45,145 nucleotides of DNA from the NCBI GenBank assembly GCA_002762705.1, contig PCVE01000021.1:1-45145 (forward strand), given 5' to 3'. The notes under the pieces are model-generated. The model did no database searches. It saw nothing but the letters and a program-made list of their open reading frames with translations, and was not told where the DNA came from. The stretch comes from Candidatus Woesearchaeota archaeon CG11_big_fil_rev_8_21_14_0_20_43_8 (GTDB lineage: Archaea; Nanobdellota; Nanobdellia; Woesearchaeales; CG08-08-20-14). Both the position numbers and the translations under genes were made by a program. Positions 1 through 7,701 of the stretch are shown one piece after another. Position 1 is the first letter of the stretch, and each line of letters begins with the position of its first letter.

Positions 1-24
1 AGAGACTATATGATCCAAACATCA

Positions 25-306
25 TCACTCCTGCACGCCGCTGATCAATAGTTTCTTACCGTCCCTCTCGATCCTGATGTTCTTGAGATCATTTATCGCT
101 ATATCATTCCCTTTCAGGAAATAGCAGGCTTTCAGCCCATTGATCTCGACCTTGTTTAAGTCCTCGAAATCAAGGAACTTTGTCGGGACAGTATCTGTGA
201 GATGCGGATCATTGATATCAAACAGATTGACAAAACAGATGTATTGTTCAGGCGCTTTGCCTTTCTTCCTGCCGATCAGGGCACATTTTGTGTTGAATTC
301 CATCAT
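25..306 (-). CDS. hypothetical small protein (93 aa)
   Basis: Intact ATG-initiated ORF, co-directional with neighbouring genes. No motif I recognise. Confidence 0.4.
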   Translation of the reverse strand: MMEFNTKCALIGRKKGKAPEQYICFVNLFDINDPHLTDTVPTKFLDFEDLNKVEINGLKACYFLKGNDIAINDLKNIRIERDGKKLLISGVQE

Positions 307-365
307 AAATGCCTCCTAAGCTGGATTCTGCCAACCAGATATATAATATTTTCTCTTTATGCAGC

Positions 366-1127
366 TTACTTTCTCTTACCCATGGTGCTTATCCCTTCGA
401 GTGCTCTTAGGGCTTCGATAGGCAACATATAGACTATCGTATTGCTTTGGTCTGCGCTGATATCATTGATGCTCTGAAGTGTCCTCAGATGCAATGCACC
501 AGGAGCTTTTGCGAGCATCGCTGCCGCTTTTGACATGTTGGTTGCAGATAGGACTTCTCCTTCTGCCTTGATGATGACTGCACGTTTCTCTCTCTCTGCT
601 TCAGCTTCTTTTGCCATGACACGCTTCATCTCGCCTGGAACGATGACATCTTTAAGCTCGACAGAATCGACTTTTATCCCCCATGGATCTGTCGCTTTGT
701 CGACTATTATCCTTATCCTTTTGGATACATCATCTCTGTTAGCGAGCAATTTGTCAAGACTAACTTCACCGACGACATTTCGCATGGTCGTCTGCGCAAG
801 CTGTGAGACTGCATAATTATATTTTTCCACCTGCAGGATGACAGATTGAGCAGCGCTGACTTTGTAGTATATCACTGCGTTCACCGTCACAGAGACATTG
901 TCTTTAGTTATCGCTTCCTGGCTTGGGACATCCACTGCCTTGATCCTCATGTCCACTCTTCTCCATGTCTCGATAATAGGAATCACGAATCTTAAGCCGG
1001 GAGTGATTTCTCCAGCGAATTTTCCTAGCCTGAACCTAACTCCGCGTTCATATTCATTGACCACTTTCAATCCGCTCAGGACAAATATCCCTGCTACAAC
1101 ACCTGCTGAAATAATACCAATTACCAT
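366..1127 (-). CDS. SPFH/band-7 (stomatin/prohibitin-like) membrane protein
   Basis: N-terminal TM helix (VIGIISAGVVAGIFVL) followed by an SPFH core (VVNEYERGVRFRLGKF, VDVPSQEAITKDNVSVTVNAV) and the AKEAEAEREKRA coil. The track ORF starts at TTG 1142; the first ATG is 1127. Confidence 0.85.
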   Translation of the reverse strand: MVIGIISAGVVAGIFVLSGLKVVNEYERGVRFRLGKFAGEITPGLRFVIPIIETWRRVDMRIKAVDVPSQEAITKDNVSVTVNAVIYYKVSAAQSVILQVEKYNYAVSQLAQTTMRNVVGEVSLDKLLANRDDVSKRIRIIVDKATDPWGIKVDSVELKDVIVPGEMKRVMAKEAEAEREKRAVIIKAEGEVLSATNMSKAAAMLAKAPGALHLRTLQSINDISADQSNTIVYMLPIEALRALEGISTMGKRK

Positions 1128-1243
1128 CTGATAACACCCCAAGATTGTTTATGAAATGATTCTCAATCATGAGATATATAAAGGTTTCATTAGAAATATG
1201 AGCAGATACTGAAAATATTGACACTAAAAAGAGATAAAGGAAA

Positions 1244-1510
1244 TCATTCAGACAATATCCCTTTGTAAAGGACAATTATGAATCCCCTTCGGGAGACCAG
1301 GATACTGTCTGTCTTGTCTGCGATAAGTCGTGCGACCTCGTCTTTGTCGATAGTCTCATGAAATGACCTAAGAAGTTTTATCTTGACAAGTTTTTTCTGT
1401 TTCAGCTGCTTTGCGATCTCAGTTACCAAAGTATCTGTGATACCTCTTTTTCCGACCTGGATAGTCGCAGGCATCTTCTTCGCTCTAAACTGAAGATCTT
1501 TCATTGTCAT
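1244..1510 (-). CDS. YhbY/CRS1 (CRM-domain) RNA-binding protein
   Basis: From the internal ATG the product reads MTMKDLQFRAKKMPATIQVGKRGITDTLVTEI...KLVKIKLL, a CRM/YhbY-like signature (GKxGxT). The longer track ORF extends toward the tRNA and is unlikely to be translated. Confidence 0.7.
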   Translation of the reverse strand: MTMKDLQFRAKKMPATIQVGKRGITDTLVTEIAKQLKQKKLVKIKLLRSFHETIDKDEVARLIADKTDSILVSRRGFIIVLYKGILSE

Positions 1511-1592
1511 GACAAGTCGGTGATGAGTCGTGGTATAAATAGGTATGGGGTCGGATAGATATGAAATGTACCGGGCGAAAAAAGAAAACAAG

Positions 1593-1699
1593 GGCGGCCA
1601 GCGGGACTTTCAGGCAAACAATCATCCATTGCATGCTATTTGAACCCGCCCCAGAGGATCCACAGTCCCCTATGCTAACCAAGCTACACCATGGCCGCC
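1593..1699 (-). tRNA. tRNA-His(GUG) with a 32-nt intron in the T-loop (59/60)
   Basis: Minus strand: G-1, acceptor GCGGCCA/TGGCCGC, discriminator C, D arm GTGT-AGCTTGGTTA-GCAT. Anticodon arm is GGGGA-CTGTGGA-TCCTC. T stem GCGGG/CCCGC is interrupted by 1607-1638. The flanks form a bulge-helix-bulge: helix TTCA/TGAA, bulges AAT and AGT. Confidence 0.85.
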
Positions 1700-1779
1700 A
1701 CGGTGGATTTTAGTGTTTATGCCAGATTTATAAGCTTTTCTACACAGATTTTATATATATGCAAAATGGAAAGTGAAAC

Positions 1780-2709
1780 ATGACAAAGAAGAAGAAAATA
1801 AAAAATCATGGCCATGTACATAGTGATATGTGCGCCCATCATCACCATGTCGGGAACCATCTGATCTTTGGGATAATCATGAATGCGAGTTTCACGATAA
1901 TCGAATTCATCGCGGGACTTCTTTCTAACAGTCTCGCGCTCCTTAGCGATGCTGTGCACGATCTTTCAGACACTATCGCATTGCTGATAAGTCTATTTGC
2001 GACAAAAAAAGCGCAGGCTGCACCGACAGAAAGACAATCATTCGGTTTCCATCGTGCGACGATACTCGCTGCGACACTGAATGCAGTCATGCTTGTCATA
2101 CTCACACTGTTCATATTTTATCGTGCAGCGCTAAGAATCATGCATCCTGAACCGATCAAAGCCATTATAGTCTTCTGGGTAGCTATATTCGGTGTGGTGT
2201 TCAATGGCATCGTTGTCCTTAGGATGTGGAAAGACAAAGACAAAGATCTCAATCTGAGAAGCGCGTTCTGGCACTTGGCAGAAGATGCGCTCGGATGGAT
2301 CGGTGTGCTGATAGCAGGTGTCATAATGATATTCACCGGATGGTATATTGTTGACCCATTGATCAGCATATTGATAGGTCTCCTTGTCCTGCGTGGCGCA
2401 TGGGGAGTGTTGACTGAAGCGGTGAATATTCTTATGGAAGGGACACCGAAAGGGATTGATCTCTGCGCAGTCAAAAAAACCATCATGAAACATAAAGAAA
2501 TCAAAGGTGTCCATGATCTGCATATCTGGAGCCTAGGCGGAGGATATACAATACTCTCTTGTCATATCTGTGTGGATGATATGACACTTTCAACGGTCCA
2601 GAAAATAATCCATAATCTTCATATAGATCTGTTTGAAAAACATAGGATCAGACATGTTACTATCGAACCGGAATCTGGGCTTTGTTGCGATGATCGAAGA
2701 TGCAATTAG
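1780..2709 (+). CDS. cation diffusion facilitator (CDF) family metal efflux transporter
   Basis: His-rich N-terminus (HGHVHSDMCAHHHH), six TM segments with HxxxD-type sites (AVHDLSD, WHLAEDALG), and a C-terminal cytoplasmic domain (VHDLHIWSL). Confidence 0.9.
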   Translation: MTKKKKIKNHGHVHSDMCAHHHHVGNHLIFGIIMNASFTIIEFIAGLLSNSLALLSDAVHDLSDTIALLISLFATKKAQAAPTERQSFGFHRATILAATLNAVMLVILTLFIFYRAALRIMHPEPIKAIIVFWVAIFGVVFNGIVVLRMWKDKDKDLNLRSAFWHLAEDALGWIGVLIAGVIMIFTGWYIVDPLISILIGLLVLRGAWGVLTEAVNILMEGTPKGIDLCAVKKTIMKHKEIKGVHDLHIWSLGGGYTILSCHICVDDMTLSTVQKIIHNLHIDLFEKHRIRHVTIEPESGLCCDDRRCN

Positions 2710-2769
2710 GAAAAACACTTTCTTATTTAGAAAGGTTTATAAAGCCAACCCGTTTTCCCAATAAAATCA

Positions 2770-2783
2770 TTTATATATAAATA
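2770..2783 (+). promoter_or_regulatory. TATA-like box upstream of tRNA-Pro
   Basis: TTTATATATAAATA lies about 25-35 nt upstream of the tRNA 5' end at 2807, the expected archaeal TATA spacing. Confidence 0.4.
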
Positions 2784-2806
2784 ATGAGCCCAGAACACCC
2801 ATGCTT

Positions 2807-2982
2807 GGGGCTATGGGGTAGCTTGGCTATCCTTTCTGGTTTGGGACAGGCAGAAACTGCCAGCAAAAAGCCAGAGGACCCCGGTTCGAAATGGGGTGTG
2901 GGGCGTGAGGTATGCTGTGTGAACAAAGGTTCATACTCCAGACCCGATACCCTATACCACACCGAAAGTCCGGGTAGCCCCA
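2807..2982 (+). tRNA. tRNA-Pro(UGG) with two introns (24 nt at 37/38; 78 nt at 59/60)
   Basis: Acceptor GGGGCTA/TAGCCCC with discriminator A. D arm with A14, GG and A21. Anticodon stem TCTGG/CCAGA, loop TTTGGG(G). Intron 2846-2869 sits in a canonical hBHBh' (helix TTTG/CAAA, bulges GGA and AAG). T stem CCCGG/CCGGG is split by 2891-2968 (helix TTCG/CGAA, bulges AAA and AGT). Mature length is 74 nt. Confidence 0.8.
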
Positions 2983-3025
2983 TTCATTTTTGGGTAAAGA
3001 TGGGAATTTAAGCGAAGTGAGCGAG

Positions 3026-3244
3026 ATGGCATCAAAGAAAAAAGATATTGGATCAGCAAAACGTTACGGCGCAAGATACGGTAGGCTTATACGTTTGAAA
3101 GCAGGCACTGTAGAAAGGCAATACAAAGGCAAAAACAAATGCCCATACTGTAAGAAAGTGGGTACAAAAAGAAAAGCGGTCGGAATCTGGCACTGCCCAA
3201 AATGTGATACCACATTCACTGGAAAAGCTTACAGCATGGAATGA
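3026..3244 (+). CDS. rpl37ae: 50S ribosomal protein L37Ae (eL43)
   Basis: MASKKKDIGSAKRYGARYG... with a CPYC...CPKC zinc ribbon. The true start is the internal ATG 3026; the track ORF start overlaps the tRNA. Confidence 0.9.
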   Translation: MASKKKDIGSAKRYGARYGRLIRLKAGTVERQYKGKNKCPYCKKVGTKRKAVGIWHCPKCDTTFTGKAYSME

Positions 3245-3258
3245 GAAGGTGAGAAAAT

Positions 3259-3396
3259 ATGGCACTATACAAATGCTTCTACTGCACAAAAGAGATTAGC
3301 CAGGAATTCATGAGAAAGAGAGTAAGATGCCCATATTGCGGTTCGAAAATATTGTTCAAACCAAGGACCCAGCTCACTAAGGTCAAGGCACGATGA
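3259..3396 (+). CDS. rpoP: DNA-directed RNA polymerase subunit P (Rpo12/RpoP), 45 aa
   Basis: Not in the ORF track (<60 aa). MALYKCFYCTKEISQEFMRKRVRCPYCGSKILFKPRTQLTKVKAR has the CxxC...CxxC ribbon and RILxKxR-like tail. It occupies the conserved position after L37Ae and overlaps the next gene by ATGA. Confidence 0.8.
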   Translation: MALYKCFYCTKEISQEFMRKRVRCPYCGSKILFKPRTQLTKVKAR

Positions 3397-3608
3397 ATTA
3401 TTCAGTATGCGTGAATGCTCCTTTTGTCGAGATGCTTGATACATTCAAGCAGGAAAAACTTGGGGGACAACGATGCGATGTCGTCATAAAAAAAGATGAT
3501 GATCGACTTGTATTTGAAGTCACTGCCGCAGATTCAATCGCGCTCCGTGCGACATTGAATGCCATAACGAAACTTTTCACTGTCTGCGAAAAAGGAAATA
3601 AATTATGA
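3393..3608 (+). CDS. KEOPS complex Pcc1-like subunit
   Basis: 71 aa. LVFEVTAADSIALRATLNAITKLF resembles the Pcc1 beta-strand/helix signature (xATDxxALRxxxNSxLRW). It sits in the conserved archaeal neighbourhood L37Ae-RpoP-Pcc1-prefoldin beta. Confidence 0.6.
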   Translation: MNYSVCVNAPFVEMLDTFKQEKLGGQRCDVVIKKDDDRLVFEVTAADSIALRATLNAITKLFTVCEKGNKL

Positions 3609-3616
3609 TGTGATCT

Positions 3617-3952
3617 ATGATGGAACTTTCAAAAGAAACTGAAGAAAAGATTAATGAACTCCAGAAACTCGAGCAGAATATGCAATCGTTCTTGTTACAG
3701 AAACAGAATTTCCAGTCACAGCTAAATGAAGTGACTTCTGCTCTCGAAGAGATGGAAAAGACAGAAAAAGCATATCGTATCATAGGTAATATAATGGTCC
3801 TTCAGGAGAAAGAAAGCTTGAAAAAAGAATTACAGACTAAAAAAGAGATAATCGAGCTACGTGTGAAGACTATAGAGAAACAGGAAGACAAGATTAAGAC
3901 AAAAGTCGATGAATTGCAATCCCAGGTAATGGCTGAGATGAACAAAAAATGA
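3617..3952 (+). CDS. pfdB: prefoldin beta subunit
   Basis: 111 aa with two coiled-coil arms flanking a central hairpin (EKAYRIIGNIMV). The size and layout are typical of PfdB. Confidence 0.8.
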   Translation: MMELSKETEEKINELQKLEQNMQSFLLQKQNFQSQLNEVTSALEEMEKTEKAYRIIGNIMVLQEKESLKKELQTKKEIIELRVKTIEKQEDKIKTKVDELQSQVMAEMNKK

Positions 3953-3988
3953 TTTTTCACTGATGCTACTATCGGAGGATAGATTAAA

Positions 3989-4234
3989 ATGGATGACATG
4001 ATGAATATCCTTGCTGCTTTATCAGAATTACAAGAAGATGATACTGTACCAAAAAATATCAAGAGCAGATTGAATGAGGTATGCAATGCCCTTCAGACAG
4101 AGGATGATCTTAAGCTAAGAGTCGACAAGGCTTTGCAGCTCCTTGATGAAATCGCAGATGATTCTAATGTCAAACCATATACCCGTTCACAGTTATGGAA
4201 CGTGGTCAGCATGCTTGAATCAGTATGTAATTGA
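3989..4234 (+). CDS. UPF0147-family small helical protein
   Basis: 81 aa. TVPKNIKSRLNEV...DDSNVKPYTRSQLWNVVSMLE resembles the conserved archaeal UPF0147 pattern. This is from recollection and was not searched. Confidence 0.55.
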   Translation: MDDMMNILAALSELQEDDTVPKNIKSRLNEVCNALQTEDDLKLRVDKALQLLDEIADDSNVKPYTRSQLWNVVSMLESVCN

Positions 4235-4263
4235 TAGAAATTTTATTTTTTTGTATGACTCAA

Positions 4264-4914
4264 TCATTTCTTCTTTGGAACTGATTCCCAGTCTTTTAGA
4301 AACTTATCAAGTCCGGTATCAGTCAGATCATGCTTGAACATCTTCTCGATCACTTTGAATGGTATTGTGCAGACATCAGCTCCGAGCATACCTGCTTCGA
4401 CGACGTGCATAGGATGCCTCACTGAAGCGACGATAATCTTTGTCTTGAAATCATAGTTCTTGAATATCCTGACGATCTTCTCTATAAGTTCTATACCATT
4501 ATGACCGATATCATCAAGACGACCGATAAAAGGACTTACATAAGTGGCACCTGCTTTTGCAGCTAGCAATGCTTGGTTGGCTGAGAAGACAAGGGTGACG
4601 TTTGTCTTGATCCCTTCAGCGGTTAGCATTTTCACTGCTTTTAACCCTTCTGGAATCATAGGCACTTTGATCACGATATTCTTATGTATCTTCGCAAGTT
4701 CCCTCGCTTCTTTGAGCATTCCGACAGCTTCCGTGCTCACGACTTCTGCACTGATTGGTCCATCGACGATCAGTGTTATCTCTTTCACGACTCCCAAAAA
4801 ATCCTTGCCTTCTTTTGCGATGAGCGAAGGATTTGTTGTGACTCCGTCGATGATTCCCCATGAGTTTGCGAGTCTGATATGCTCTACATTCGCTGTGTCT
4901 ATGAAGATTTCCAT
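4264..4914 (-). CDS. transaldolase / fructose-6-phosphate aldolase (TalC/Fsa subfamily)
   Basis: [13 protein letters not shown]...GVTTNPSLI...IKVP (Schiff-base Lys region)...SPFIGRLDD. An alternative ATG lies two codons upstream at 4920. Confidence 0.85.
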   Translation of the reverse strand: MEIFIDTANVEHIRLANSWGIIDGVTTNPSLIAKEGKDFLGVVKEITLIVDGPISAEVVSTEAVGMLKEARELAKIHKNIVIKVPMIPEGLKAVKMLTAEGIKTNVTLVFSANQALLAAKAGATYVSPFIGRLDDIGHNGIELIEKIVRIFKNYDFKTKIIVASVRHPMHVVEAGMLGADVCTIPFKVIEKMFKHDLTDTGLDKFLKDWESVPKKK

Positions 4915-4981
4915 TTGCATATAGAATCGATAGAAATAAGTTTAAATAATTTATTAAAAAAAGAAATCAATTTTCAAACAA

Positions 4982-5521
4982 TCAAGCAGCCACTTTGTCG
5001 TTTTTGACGACAAGTATGTTGCATCCACAAGGCATCTTGTTGTTTGCACGCACCATAGCTTTTCTTGCAATCGCAAGAGCAATCTCGGATGGTACCTGGA
5101 CCTCCATGATCACTTTGCCAGGTTTGAGCTGCGCAGCAGAACCGATCGGTTTTCCGAAAGAGAGCTGCATACCCGTGCTCATTCTATCCGCACCAGCACC
5201 ACTTGCGATAGGATTCTCTCGGAGGATGTGATGTGGATAGACTTTTATCGTGAATCTATAACCTGTCTTTCCCCATTCCTTCTCAAGAACACGATTCGCA
5301 GTCTGTCGTGCTGATTCTAGTGCCTGATGTCTGATCTGGACACCTGTCTTTGCGCAGAGCTGAACCTTATACATATACTGCTTGCTGGTGTCGCCCATAT
5401 CAAATCTGACTAATTTGATATTTGGGTTCGTCCGGATATAAGATTTCTCTCTAAACTTACTAATCCTTGTGTATGGCCTTTCAAGCCTTCTGTAACAGCA
5501 AAATTTTCTGAGTCGTGCCAT
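4982..5521 (-). CDS. rpl10e: 50S ribosomal protein L10e (uL16)
   Basis: MARLRKFCCYRRLERPYTRISKFREKSYIR... is a typical L10e N-terminus. Confidence 0.9.
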   Translation of the reverse strand: MARLRKFCCYRRLERPYTRISKFREKSYIRTNPNIKLVRFDMGDTSKQYMYKVQLCAKTGVQIRHQALESARQTANRVLEKEWGKTGYRFTIKVYPHHILRENPIASGAGADRMSTGMQLSFGKPIGSAAQLKPGKVIMEVQVPSEIALAIARKAMVRANNKMPCGCNILVVKNDKVAA

Positions 5522-5669
5522 AGTGCTTTTGGAAAATGAGTTTGGTTTTTAAAGATTTCGGTTACTCATACGAAACTTTTATAAATGGGACCTCACCCCT
5601 TAATCTGATTTCAATCAATGACTCAAATCCCAGAGACTATCCAGTGACGATAGGAGGGTGGAGATAAAA

Positions 5670-6326
5670 ATGGAAAAGAAAGAAATGCTACCTGTATTGA
5701 AGCAGATACGGGAAAACTCAAAGAAACGCAAATTCAAGCAAAAGCTCGATCTTATATTCAATCTGAAGGATATTGACATAAAGAAGACAGAAGAACAGAT
5801 TGATTTCTTCATAACTCTGCCGCACAGCTGCGGAAAAAAGATGAAAGTCTGCGCATTGGTCGGACCAGAACTGAGGGATGAGGCACAGAAAGAATGTGAT
5901 TCTATTGTCATTGTCGATGATTTCGACAAATATCAGCGTGACAAGAAAATAGTGAGGAAACTCGCAGATGATAATGACGTGTTCATCGCGCAGGCAAATA
6001 TCATGCCGCGCGTGGCACAGGCTTTCGGTCGTGTCCTTGGTCCAAAGAAAAAGATGCCGAACCCAAAAGCAGGATGCATCGTGCCTCCAAAAGCACAGCT
6101 CGGTCCGATTGTCGCAAAGCTCCAAAAACAAGTGAGGATAGCTGCAAAGACATCACTGACTGTCCAAATTCTTATAGGGAATGAAGACATGACTGATGAT
6201 CAACTGGCAGAGAACATAATAACACTATTCAACCAGGTTGTGCACCATTTACCAAAGGAAAAGAACAACATCAAGGATATGTTGCTCAAAATGACAATGG
6301 GTGCTCCTGTATCGATCAAAATCTAA
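5670..6326 (+). CDS. rpl1: 50S ribosomal protein L1 (uL1)
   Basis: L1 family sequence (FKQKLDLIFNLKDID, FIAQANIMPRVAQAFGRVLGPKKKMPNPKAG). AGGAGG lies 12 nt upstream of ATG 5670. The track start at 5658 is GTG. Confidence 0.9.
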   Translation: MEKKEMLPVLKQIRENSKKRKFKQKLDLIFNLKDIDIKKTEEQIDFFITLPHSCGKKMKVCALVGPELRDEAQKECDSIVIVDDFDKYQRDKKIVRKLADDNDVFIAQANIMPRVAQAFGRVLGPKKKMPNPKAGCIVPPKAQLGPIVAKLQKQVRIAAKTSLTVQILIGNEDMTDDQLAENIITLFNQVVHHLPKEKNNIKDMLLKMTMGAPVSIKI

Positions 6327-6333
6327 GGTGAAC

Positions 6334-7191
6334 ATGATGGAATATAAAGCGCAAGTGTCTGATCAAAAGAAGAATCTTGTAAAGGAACTCGCAGATTTGA
6401 TGGAATTATATCCTGTTGTCGGCATTGTTGATGTCGAGGGTCTTCCAGCACCGCAATTCCAGACTATGCGAGCCAAATTACATGATTCTGTCATCATCAA
6501 GATGTCAAAAAAGAGGCTTATCAGTCTTGCGATTGGCATGGTCAAGAACAAAAAAGGGCTTGAAGGCTTAAAAGACAGACTACGCGGTATGCCTGCGATA
6601 ATATTCACTAAAGAGAACCCATTCAAACTATTCAAGGTGCTTGAACAGAATAAATCCAAGGCACCTGCGAAACCAGGACAGATCGCGCCTAATGACATAG
6701 TAGTCAAAGCAGGTCCGACACCTTTCGCTCCGGGCCCAATCATCGGTCAGCTTGGACAATACAAGATAAAGGCTGGAATCGAAGCAGGAAAGATAATCAT
6801 CAAAGAAAATGCCATCCCAGTAAGAGAAGGTCAGGTAATCAATGAAGAGCTTGCAGGTCTTCTGACAAGGCTAGGAATAACACCTATGGAAATCGGACTG
6901 AACCTGACTGGTGTATATGAAGAAGGCTCGATCTTCGATAAGAAGATACTCGCGATCGATGAGCAGGAATATATCGACAATATGTCGAACTGCGCAAGAT
7001 GGGCTTTGAATCTTGCTGTATTTTCAGCATATGCTTCAAAGGACACAGCAGAAGCTCTTCTACAGAAGGCATTCAGAGAGGCAAGAAATCTCTCTGTCAA
7101 CGAAGCTATACCAGCAAGTGATATAATAGATATGTTGCTTGCAAAAGCAAATATGGAAATGCTCGCAGTAAAGGCGCAGGCAGGAGTCTGA
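6334..7191 (+). CDS. rplP0: 50S ribosomal protein P0 (uL10), short form
   Basis: uL10 core ([13 protein letters not shown]..., [15 protein letters not shown]). AAGGTG lies upstream of ATG 6334. The product ends at ...LAVKAQAGV without the acidic GLGALFG tail. Confidence 0.9.
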   Translation: MMEYKAQVSDQKKNLVKELADLMELYPVVGIVDVEGLPAPQFQTMRAKLHDSVIIKMSKKRLISLAIGMVKNKKGLEGLKDRLRGMPAIIFTKENPFKLFKVLEQNKSKAPAKPGQIAPNDIVVKAGPTPFAPGPIIGQLGQYKIKAGIEAGKIIIKENAIPVREGQVINEELAGLLTRLGITPMEIGLNLTGVYEEGSIFDKKILAIDEQEYIDNMSNCARWALNLAVFSAYASKDTAEALLQKAFREARNLSVNEAIPASDIIDMLLAKANMEMLAVKAQAGV

Positions 7192-7232
7192 TCCTTTATT
7201 TAGTAACACATGGTTATAAGGAGGTTAACAAA

Positions 7233-7535
7233 ATGGAATACGTGTATGCAGCAATGTTGATACACAAGGCAGGAAAGAAGGTCGATGAGACAACAGTCAC
7301 TAAAGTGCTTGAAGCAGCAGGCGTCAAAGCAGATGCTAGCAGAGTAAAAGCACTTGTTGCAGCTCTTGATGGTGTTAATATTGATGAAGCTATTGAGAAA
7401 GCAGCAGTCGCAGCAGCTCCAGTAGCAGCTCCGGCAGCGGTCGCAGCAGCAGCTCCAGTAGAAGAAAAGAAAGAAGAGAAAAAGGAAGAGAAGAAGGAGC
7501 AGGCAGCAGCAGGACTAGGTGCACTGTTTGGATGA
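7233..7535 (+). CDS. rpl12: 50S ribosomal stalk protein P1 (L12e)
   Basis: [19 protein letters not shown]..., an Ala/Pro hinge, an [12 protein letters not shown] stretch and the terminal [19 protein letters not shown] upstream. Confidence 0.9.
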   Translation: MEYVYAAMLIHKAGKKVDETTVTKVLEAAGVKADASRVKALVAALDGVNIDEAIEKAAVAAAPVAAPAAVAAAAPVEEKKEEKKEEKKEQAAAGLGALFG

Positions 7536-7537
7536 AT

Positions 7538-7563
7538 CGCCTTAATGGCGTTTTTTATTTTTT
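7538..7563 (+). terminator. short hairpin plus oligo-T tracts after the L1-P0-P1 operon
   Basis: CGCC-TTAAT-GGCG followed by TTTTTTATTTTTT immediately after the P1 stop. Archaeal termination uses T-runs. Confidence 0.4.
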
Positions 7564-7574
7564 AAACTTGCCTT

Positions 7575-7688
7575 ATCATGAAAATCCAGTAAAACGAATA
7601 TTGCCACATGCGATGTGGTTTGTTTGGCGGTCGCTATAACAGATATCGGATTTTCAGGATGCTCAGAAACATCAGTTTCTGACATGTA
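7575..7688 (+). repeat. R2 palindromic intergenic module, copy 1
   Basis: ATCATGAAAATCC ... hairpin CCACAT/ATGTGG ... GGCGGTCGCTATAA ... GGATTTTCAGGATGCTC, then hairpin AGAAAC/GTTTCT and GACAT. Homologous copies lie at 12076-12278 (minus) and 27699-27829. Confidence 0.6.
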
Positions 7689-7701
7689 GAGGGAATTTAG
7701 C

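Noticed and set aside
1485-1682. Track ORF 1485-1682 (minus, 65 aa) and the N-terminal 27 codons of ORF 1244-1591
   Set aside because: They overlap tRNA-His or its 3' flank. The YhbY-like domain starts cleanly at ATG 1510.
2771-3011. Track ORFs 2771-2983 (minus) and 2784-3011 (plus), 70-75 aa
   Set aside because: Both lie entirely over the intron-containing tRNA-Pro gene and its flanks. Their Gly/Pro/Ser-rich translations simply reflect the GC-rich RNA gene.
5590-5660. Possible L1 autoregulatory mRNA site mimicking the 23S L1 stalk (CACCCCTTAATCTGATTTC and GATAGGAGGGTGGAG resemble 23S H77/H78 segments)
   Set aside because: The two segments are in the opposite order to the rRNA and do not pair convincingly. 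AGGAGG is adequately explained as the Shine-Dalgarno sequence of rpl1.
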